From Octopus sinensis (lineage: Eukaryota), in NCBI RefSeq assembly GCF_006345805.1, contig NC_042997.1:23746001-23810000 (forward strand): a stretch of DNA of 64,000 bases, read 5' to 3'. The position numbers and the translations under genes were made by a program. This document shows, piece by piece, positions 55,107-64,000 of this stretch (position 1 is the stretch's first letter; each line of letters starts with the position of its first letter). The notes beneath the pieces are model-generated. The model searched no databases. It saw only the letters and a program-made list of their open reading frames with translations, and was not told the DNA's origin.

Positions 55107-55279
55107 CATATATTCGACGGGCTTCTTTCAGTTTCCGTCTGCCAAATCCACTCACAAGGCTTTGGTCGGCCCGAGGCTATAGTAGAAGACACTTTCCCAA
55201 GGTGCCACGCAGTGGGACTGAACCCGGAACCATGTGGTTGGTAAGCAAGCTACTTACCACACAGCCACTCCTGCGCCTG
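54682..55279 (-). mobile_element. SINE S1, full-length and well preserved, central (TA)n
   Basis: Minus strand CAGGCGCAGGAGTGGCTGTGTGGTAAGTAGC...GGTTCAGTCCC; microsatellite core; tail ...GACTGAAACAAGTAAAAAG. Confidence 0.95.
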
Positions 55280-55361
55280 TTCATTTTGTTAGAGTAAAAC
55301 TTAGAAATTACGGTCGATAAGTTTAGTCAACTGTTTAGATACTATGTTAGATTTGGATGTT

Positions 55362-56600
55362 TATTATTATTATTAAAGACGTCACACATCATCCAATATC
55401 GTGATGTTGTTGATTGAAGATATTGTGTCTACCGTGGGTTTGTACTATCTATGAAGTCAAAACAACGACCTCAGACAATACTTTACGCAATATGCGTGCA
55501 GTTCCAAGTAATGCCGATTTTTGCAACACGCCTAGATTGTAGGGTCTTTCTAAAGTTTTCAGATATCTTTTTCAGCTTGAGTAGTATTCAACGCAATGCT
55601 CCGATGACAATAGGGATAATCTTTATGTTTGATTCTCGTAGTTGCCACATCTTAGCGATCTCAATTTTCAGATCTTCATATTTATCCATCTTCTCTTTCT
55701 TTAATCAGCCCACGTCCATCTTTAGCCCTTTTCATGTAGAGCCTGTGTACATTCGTCTAAGGGTGGAGGGCACTATGTATTATCATTGTATTTTGGGTAG
55801 TACGATCAAGTTGGTTAATCTCCGCTTGCGTCCATTTCAGGATGGGTGCAATATATGCAGACTTTAGTAACATCCCATATGTTGATGGCAGTCACAAGGT
55901 TCCTTGACTGGAGTTTAGATTTCAAGAGGATTTTGAGGCGCTTCAAATATGCAGTGATGAACTTGTCTTTCATTTCTTTGTGCAAGATATTGTCCAGCTC
56001 AAGGATTCCGAGGTACTTTTACCTATCACCATCCATGTCTTCCATTGTCTCTCCGTTTGGTTATTCTAAGCCCCTACAATCTGCTCTTCCCCCGCCCCAC
56101 TTTAAAGTGAGCACTGCACACTTCGAGATACAGAATTCCATCCCTATATATTTGCTGCACATCTGCACAGTCTCAACCAGCTTCTCCGTTTCAGGTTCTG
56201 TTGTTGCGAACAGCTTTAAATCATGCATGAAGAAAAGGTGGTTGGGACGAGCTCCATCCTTTCTCAGCTCATAGTGCGCGTTAACTTTGCACTATGAAAG
56301 TGGGATCAAGGCTAAAATTCACAACTTATTTTGCTAGGTATGATGGAAAGTGTCAGCTTCCCACAGCCAACAAACTTAGGTGACACTTGTTTATTGGTCA
56401 TGCTTCAAGAATTCTTAAAGAATTCTTGCCATTCCAAGCAATGGTGATTTTTGTACGAGTTCTACTTTTACATTTGTAGCAACCTTTTTGAGCCATGTTG
56501 GTAGTTGAGTGCTGATACTTCCAAGTGTACTAGTTACCATTGGTACCACGTCTACTATCCTCATTGACCATAACCTTCGTATTTCCCACTTCAAATCGTC
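55362..56600 (-). mobile_element. Two head-to-tail R4/Dong LINE fragments
   Basis: Minus strand: YDDLKWEIRRLW...LLGMARIL (3' end, ~56600-56330), then NHLFFMHDLKLF...KYLGILELDNIL...KSKLQSRNLVTAIN...KYEDLKIEIAKMW...PIVIGAL; (AAT)n tail at 55362. Confidence 0.85.
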
Positions 56601-56638
56601 ATAGTTGTTCAGAGCAGCATCAACAGCAGCAGCAGTAG

Positions 56639-56675
<37 letters not shown>

Positions 56676-56712
56676 TCTTCTTCTTCTTCTTCTTCTTCTC
56701 TTCTTCTTCTTC

Positions 56713-56750
<38 letters not shown>

Positions 56751-56769
56751 TTATCATTGGTGAGAGAGC

Positions 56770-56809
<40 letters not shown>

Positions 56810-56861
56810 TAACATCGAAAAATAGCTTAGGAATGAGAACCCAGGTTCGAAATTTCCCCAA

Positions 56862-56907
56862 GACACCTGATGAAGGCTGGAGGGTATATCAGCCGAAACG
56901 TTGTGTT
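56862..56907 (+). ncRNA. Minimal type I hammerhead ribozyme (identical to 51120-51165)
   Basis: 46/46 identical to copy 1, within a homologous ~150-bp repeat (56805-56955) after (AAT)n. Confidence 0.75.
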
Positions 56908-57170
56908 AACAACAAACAAGATGAGGACAAATGTCCGTCGAATGTAAATAATGTAGGGATTGTGAGTTTTGGGATAACGTGGCTACAACTCTGTGCTATT
57001 GTTGAGGTACTTAGAGGAGAGATTTTGGAGCCCAATTAGGAGTAGATATAATGTGTAGACCATATGATACTCGTGATTTTCTTCAATTATATTTTCATAT
57101 CGCTTTGCTTCATGTCCTAAATTTTCTATTTATGTTATAAATTATGTGGAAGAGATATTTCTAAATTCTA

Positions 57171-58041
57171 TCAGGTCATCCCATAAGTTCTGTCCGAATT
57201 TTGAATAAAGAAAATGAGTGATCAAATGTTATATTTAATTAAAATTTAATCTCAGTGTACTTTCCCTGATTATCTATGACTTCCTTCTATCTATTTACAA
57301 GCTTTTTAATTCCATCAATGTAAACCCTTTTGGTTTCAAAGCGAAGAACTCTGAAATGTCACTTTCGACCTCCTCCAGGCTTGCGAAAGTTATGTCCCTC
57401 AAATTATTCTGTAAACTACGAAACAAACGGTAATCTGAAGGAGAAGGTCGGGAGAATAAGGTGGATGAGGATTTTTTTTCCCAGCCAAGCTCTTCGATCT
57501 TCTGTGATGTGATCTTTCCAGTAGTGGGATGTCACCCATTGTCCCGATGAAGCAGCACTCCTTTTTGATTCACTAAAGCGTGTCTTTTTTTCTTCAAAGC
57601 TAGGTTCAAACGTTCTAATTGTTGACAGTAGACTTGAGCTTTGATTGTTGCATTAGGTGGTAACAATTCAAAGTGAATTACTCCTTTGCAATCCCACCAG
57701 ATAGAGAGAACCTTTTTTTCAATGAAGCTCCCTTCTCGGTTGTGGTTGAGCTTTTTCCCCTGTACCAAGCCACTGTTTACGACGTTTAACATTTCGATAG
57801 GAGATCCATTTTTCGTCACCAGTCACAAGTCTATCGAAAAGGGGTGAAATGAGTTCGCGAGAATAGAGAGAAGAGCAGATGTCAACTCGGGATTTGCGGT
57901 TGCTTTCGGACAATTCATGAGGTACTCATTTACCAAGTTTAGGAACCTTTCCAAGTTGTTGAACATGGACAGTTGTATGGTTTGAACTAAGCTTTATTGC
58001 CAGTTCTTCAACTGATAATGCAGGATTATCTTCAAGTAATG
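57171..58041 (-). mobile_element. Decayed mariner transposon, 3' two-thirds
   Basis: VPHEL, LVTGDEKWI, KKVLSIWWDCKGVIHFELL, VYCQQL, LLHRDN, HPPYSPDL; TA|TCAGGTCATCCCATAAG terminus at 57169-57187. Confidence 0.9.
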
Positions 58042-58055
58042 TATATATATATATA

Positions 58056-58087
<32 letters not shown>

Positions 58088-58089
<2 letters not shown>

Positions 58090-58180
58090 GACGGGCTTCT
58101 TTCAGTTACCGTCTACCAAATCCATTCACGCAGTGGGAATGAACCCGGAACCATGTGGTTGGTAAGCAAGCTACTTACCA
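58088..58180 (-). mobile_element. SINE S1 head with internal deletion
   Basis: Body fused at CAC microhomology (tccattcac|gcagtggg). Confidence 0.85.
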
Positions 58181-58364
58181 CACAGCCACTCCTGCACCTA
58201 TACTAATGGTTAAAATGTTTTTCACATCTCCCAGAGACCTGACGTTTGACAGAAACTTGTTGCAGCTATTGTTTGAGTGCAGTAATTGTTTCCTGTCCTA
58301 CATATTTTCGGCGTATATTTTTAAATTCGTGTTTCTCTTAGCTTTTTGTGCCTTTAGACATTCG

Positions 58365-58600
58365 TTGGCGCATGGCAGAGTGGTTAAGTTATTGTACTCG
58401 CGACCCTGGAAAAGAGGTTCGTTGTATTCTTGAGCAAAGCATTTCATTGCGTGTTGCTTCACTTCACTCAGTTGTAAATGAGTTTCTGCGACAGCTGCGA
58501 AATTAACCCAATGGTGGACCAGTGTCCTGTTCAAGGGTGAGTATTGAAATCTCAATCACTTATACGCTACGGAAACTGGACTCCGTACCATGAATCATTA
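58365..58600 (+). mobile_element. Decayed tRNA-derived SINE
   Basis: ggcgcatggcagagtggttaag...cactcagttgtaaatgagt...tggaccagtgtcctgttcaaggg. Confidence 0.6.
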
Positions 58601-58729
58601 CAAACCTAAGTCTAAGTATTGGTTTGGGGTATTTACTGGAAAGAAATGTTCAATATTGTAGTAATACTGGAAAGCGCAGATCTTTTCATTTTGTGGTCCA
58701 GTTTTTGCTCGTGTGGTGTTTTTCTGAAG

Positions 58730-58912
58730 ATGGTTTGCAAAATTCAGAAGTGGAGATTTCAGCCTTGAAGATGAAGAACGAACAGGACATCTAGTTGAGT
58801 TTGAGGAGAAGCTCCTTGAGGCATTACTTGAAGAAAATCCTGCATTATCAGTTGAAGTATTGGAAATAAAGCTTAGTTCAAACCATACAACCGTTCATCG
58901 TCATCTTCAACA
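58730..58912 (+). mobile_element. Mariner N-terminal fragment, same family as 57171-58041, opposite orientation
   Basis: RWFAKFRSGDFSLEDEERTG...ALLEENPALSVE; overlaps about 90 bp of the minus copy with several differences. Confidence 0.8.
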
Positions 58913-58922
58913 AGTATTGATA

Positions 58923-60427
58923 CGAGGTAGTATCAAAGGGCCCCCGGCTTAGTTATGTTTAATAAAAAAAATAACTAATTAACCTAAGTTTTAACACTAA
59001 CTCTTTAGAAATAGCCACCTTGCGTGGCAATACACTGGTCCCATGTTCCTACCACTCTTGGAATCCGGCCTCGAAGTTATTTTCGTAAGCAAGTCGAGGA
59101 CCTTCTGCGATTAGTTCTGGATTTCGATAACAAAGTGTAAAAACGGCGATCTTTAAGCTACCTTTTCATCTTGGGGAAGAGATGGAAGTCCGCAGATGCT
59201 AAATCTGGTGAATAGGGCGGGTGCGGAAGCGATACCATGTTGTTTTGGGCGAAAAATTTACGAGTGAGTTGAGCTCGGTTACAGGATGCATTGTCATCGT
59301 GAAGAATTCAATCCTCCGCGCTCCACAGATCTGGTCGCTCTCCTCGATTGACGGCCTGGCCCTCGGGGGACGAATGTTTTGATGCACGATACCGCTGATA
59401 TCGAAAGAAAATACAATGAGCATATTCTTGATTTAGATGCGGGTCTGACCTGCCTTCTTTGGTCGTGGAAATGAAGGGCTCTTTTATTGTAACAACTGCT
59501 GCATCGTCTCAGGGTCGTGCCCGTAGAACCAACTCTCGCCACCGGAGATGATCCTCGACATGAAAGATGGGTCATAAGAAGCACACTGATGGACGGGGGA
59601 TCACTCGGCTCATCAGTCGATGAAGAGTACGGCTGTCCGCTTGAAAAAAAAAGGCAGCGAGCTGGCAGAAACGTTAGCACGCCAGGCGTAGATATAAAGG
59701 GAGAAGTCTAGACGTCAGGGTAGAAGTTGAGAAGCAATCGGAAGAGTAGTAGAGTAGAGTTGAGTAATAGAACTCATCCGAACGTGCGACATAACAGAAA
59801 GTCTGCTACAGAGACATTGAGCACACTTCGGCAAACTTACAGCGACGAGGCAAAGGATCGTACGCAATGTTTCGAGTGGCACGTGCGCTTTAAAAGCGGA
59901 AGAGCATCCCTGGATGACGATGAGTGATTTGAATGACCTGCCAGAAGCGTCACCCCCAGAGATGTGGAGAATATTCATCAGCTTGTGAATAAGGATCGTC
60001 GATGGACAATCAACGACATAGCTGATATTGTTGGTCAGTCGTGTGGGTCCGTGCAGGCAATCCTAACGTCTGAATTAAACATGTGGCGTTCAAAGTTTGT
60101 CCCCCACCTGCTGACCACTGAGCAAAAATAACATCGCATCGAAGTCTGTCAAGATTATCAGTGTGCTTCTTATTTCTTATTTCTTTATTGCCCACAAGGG
60201 GCTAAACAGGGGTGACAAACAAGTACAGACAAACAGATTAGGTCGATTACATCGACTCCAGTACTTAATTTATCGACCCCGAAAGGATGAAAGGCAAAGT
60301 CGACCTCGGTGGAATTTGAACAGTGCCTCATGAAGGTCACTATTAGCTCTCATTGCGCACGCAGCCATGTGTTACCCATCTGTTGGCATGCTACAGAAAT
60401 GATCCTGGAACTTTTTGATACCATCTA
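58923..60427 (-). mobile_element. DD34D mariner with nested SINE and internal inversion
   Basis: Degenerate TIRs (TA|CGAGGTAGTATCAAA; TTTGATACCATCTA|TA); minus-strand C-terminus ILHDD-N...HPPYSPDLASA-D (34 residues); N-terminal half KSATETL...FEWHVRFKSGR...SKFVPHLLT on the plus strand at ~59727-60173. Confidence 0.88.
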
Positions 60428-61352
60428 TATATTTGCTTCACTTATCGCAGTTTTGCCGTATGAGTTTATTATTTGAGGATGTAACATGTGATGTGGTGAG
60501 ATCATTCGTAGTAACGACAGTATTTTGTTTTTGTGCGTGTATGTTTTTACGGGAAAAATAAAAATTCGTTTATCATAAATCTCACAGATATCAGTATTTT
60601 TCTTCGCAGACTTGTATTTTTCTGGATGATTTGTAAATATTGTTCTATTGTTCTGTGCGAGTATTTTGAAGAATATGTAAGATACCATATTCTTCAAAAT
60701 AATTTCCAAACTGTGTTCTAGCGATATCTGGAACATATAGATGTTCTAGATACCACTTAATGCACATTTGTTACTACATTTGTTCCGGACTATATTCACT
60801 CATGCGAGAATTATTCCCGACGACAAATATACATCGTTCAACCGGTTTTCTAGACTTTATAGTTTCTCTTCTTTTCTGTCAGATACTTGGTATTTATTCA
60901 TCTTATATATCTAACCATTTTTCAAGAAGGTAGAATAGTATTTGAAGATAATATGCTCGTAGGTCCACCGCTCGTGTATAACTTTCTACGCATTTACAGT
61001 TTACTCGTTTCCTCTCAACCTGCTAGCAGTGTTTCCATTCACGTGGCTTACATCTCTCTCTTCCTCTTTCTTTCTTTCTTTCTTTTCACCCTTCATCTCG
61101 CCGTTCATTTTAAAACTTTGGTATAATGAGATAAAATTTTCTTCTAAAATCTTGCAAGATGTATATATGTACGTACGTAGACACGCATGCAAATAGACAC
61201 GTGTTTGCATTCCCTACTAATATATACATACATACATATATATATAGAGAGAGAGAGGGGGGGAACGAGCGAAAGAGAGAAAGAGAGACAGGCGGACAGA
61301 CAGACAAGAAGAAAGAATGAAAGAACGAAAGATAGCTAGCTAGCTAGCTAGC

Positions 61353-61395
<43 letters not shown>

Positions 61396-61421
61396 TAGAA
61401 GATAGATAGATAGATAGATAG

Positions 61422-62484
61422 TTCTTTATTAGCCACACAGGGTGCACACAGATAGAACAATTACAAGGTAGAGCTTTTCTTTTGAAGGTTTGAAAAAAAA
61501 AAAAAAAAAAGGAAGGGGGAGTTCGATCAAAAGGGATCGTAAAGGAGAGAAGAGGAAAAAAAAAGGGGGGTTAAAAAAAAGGGGGAGAGGAGAGGAAAAA
61601 AAAAAAAAAAAAATTGATCAATAGGATCGTTATCACAGAAATGTCAATATGAATGTAAAGGGGAGGACAGGTGAGGTTTACCCGTGGAAAGAAAAGCCTA
61701 CGGAAAAGACCACGGTAACCTCGGTCAATGAAGTCACTTTATATTTCTTTTTTTTTTTTTTTTTTTTTGCAAATAAGCAACTCTCTGTTTTTCGATTTCT
61801 GGGTTCATAGGACTAGCTCAGGTGGCTTCGTCATTCATACGGCCATCCTTGCAAACATTCCCCATCTTTTTTAAAACATTCGCTAGACAAAACGGCCTCT
61901 CTACTCTCACTTTCCTTTCAAGTGGTACTTGAAAATTGATGAGAGATGACCAGAGAGGAAGTGTTTGTCTCCAATCCTTTCAGCGCGTCCACCAGAATTC
62001 TTCGCCATAGCCACAAGATGATGAAAATAGCTCTTTCCTTCCCGTTTGAAGGAAGGAGGCGTGACAATACGATATCATGATAAAACCGACCAGTCCCACA
62101 CGTGACAGCAGTTGTTCGACATAAGCACAGGTGAAATTGTTGGACACTGAACGAGTGCGTGCAGAACGGTTCGTTCGCTCTGACCGCATCTCGGCAGGTC
62201 GGCACCGTGTTTCTCGAGCCGTGTCTGTAGAGCTTATCCCGAACGGGTAGCGCTTCTCGGTAGCACTGCCAGGCCAGGGATCTTGGAAGTTGTCCATGGG
62301 CCCTGGCCCGAAATCGTCCGAACAGGCGGTCAGGTACTCCTCGTCGACGTCCAGGTTCGCCCCGAGCTCGTCGTCGACTCCCCTCCACTAAACCCCTATA
62401 AGAATGCTTTGGTGGTGATTGAAGTCACTCAGGTCGACCATGACGGCAGAGTTGCTGAGAGCAACGCGACACTCGCGGTGCCAT
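61422..62484 (-). mobile_element. 5'-truncated Tx1/L1-clade LINE embedded in (GATA)n
   Basis: Minus strand SLAWQCYREALPVRDKLYRHG...PTC...H..C (zf-RVT-like), AYVEQLLSRVG, KYHLKRKVRVER; 3' UTR ends AATAAAGAAC then (TATC)n; (GATA)n at 61330-61421 and 62485-62519. Confidence 0.8.
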
Positions 62485-63399
62485 TAGATAGAGAGATAGA
62501 TAGATAGATGATAGATAGAGCACGCTTTAGTCGAGGCAATCGATCCAGACTATCTTGTAAGCCTAGACTCATTCTAGTGATCTCTTTTGCCGAACGTTAT
62601 AATATATATATGTGTTTATATATATAAATATACGTTTATATGTTCATATAGTTTTTAAATATATATATATAGGATATAATATATATATATATAATGATAT
62701 ATATATGCACAAATAGAAACTATATAATTGATATAATACATACCTTACGTACATACATATATATACATACAAACATGTATGTATGTATGTATGTATGTAT
62801 GTATGTATGTATGTATGTATGCATGTATGTATTATGAAGGAAGCGTGGAAAGGAGCCCGCTCATATATATTCGGTATTGTTTTATATCGTGATTCGCAAA
62901 TGAGATAGGGAATTAGTTGAGGCAATAAATTGAAGTAGGTAGATTAAAATAAAGTAAATGTTGGTAAGTTAAGAGGCAACTCTTGAAAAATAAGAAAAAA
63001 AGATATCAGAGCTTTATATTTTTATATTGATGCTTTTATTCGTTTATGTATGTGTATGTGTGTCTTTGTGAGAGTTTGTATACTTTGCACGCCTGCATAA
63101 AGTATGCATTTCATTATATACTATTAAATATATATATATATCTAGATATATATATTATATATATATATAACACACACACATTATACTTATATATATAATA
63201 CATATATATATGTATATATATATATGTGGTGTGATATATATATATATATGTATGTATATATGTATATATGTATGTGTATCTATATATATAATATAATATA
63301 TATATATATACATATTTATATATATATATGTGGTGTGTGTACATAAACACTACACACAAACATATACCTATGTACGCACATACACACATATATCAAAAT

Positions 63400-63527
<128 letters not shown>

Positions 63528-64000
63528 CTCATTATTGGAGAAATTAGCAAAGCCATGAGGCCAGTACAATCACATGTGGTGTGATATTAAAGAGATGGTT
63601 GTTAGTCTGCAGGGCTCAGGAAATCGTAATATACTTCGATTGAGAACAAATTACAACTTGCAAATTCTCTCTGTTTACCTAAATGTTTGGTTTAGGTTTC
63701 ACCTGATGAAGGTTAGTACATTATGGGTGTCTTTTTTCAGGTTGATTCGACCCATTTCATTACATGTATATAACCCGCAAAAACCATAAAGAAAACTTTA
63801 GCAATATATATTGCAAGCAAACAATGCCGCTGGTATATCCCCTTGTTTAATGGCGCCATATTCAACCAAAATGGATCAGAACTTACCGCTTACGATGACC
63901 ACATGCAAACATAGTGTAACAAACTTATCAGGACACGCAAGCTTCTTCACAATGTGTCGTAAAGTAAATATCTTTGTCATATCAACACAGATTTGACACA

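Noticed and set aside
63611-63650. CTCAGGA-AATCG..CGATT-GAGAAC, HHR-like
   Set aside because: Helix II is good but both core strands are mutated and no helix I or cleavage triplet is found; at best a dead relic.

Overview
Eukaryotic, AT-rich, repeat-dominated genomic DNA. The SINE families, microsatellite load and LINE types look like an octopus (coleoid cephalopod) genome; this is inferred from pattern recognition, not a database hit. No intact protein-coding gene is visible, and most supplied ORFs are microsatellite translations. The window is a mosaic of tRNA-derived SINEs (at least 4 head/tail types, labelled S1-S4 here), decayed R4/Dong-type LINEs sitting in (AAT)n, a Tx1/L1-type LINE end inside (GATA)n, an RTE-type LINE end with an 11-bp TSD, Penelope-like remnants, a DD37D and two DD34D Tc1/mariner relics, a MITE, two non-autonomous Helitrons, foldback elements and one 100-N gap. 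The most notable signals are: (i) several unrelated hammerhead-ribozyme (HHR) motifs, including two identical minimal HHRs and a near-perfect palindrome of two divergent HHRs; (ii) a 3.49-kb tandem duplication and a SINE trimer, each with a chimeric middle unit indicating unequal crossover; (iii) a ~633-bp inversion that splits a SINE nested in a mariner; (iv) a ~550-bp unexplained element that recurs inside (AAT)n tracts; (v) a weak candidate signal-peptide first exon near 39.5-39.7 kb. Boundaries of decayed elements are approximate.
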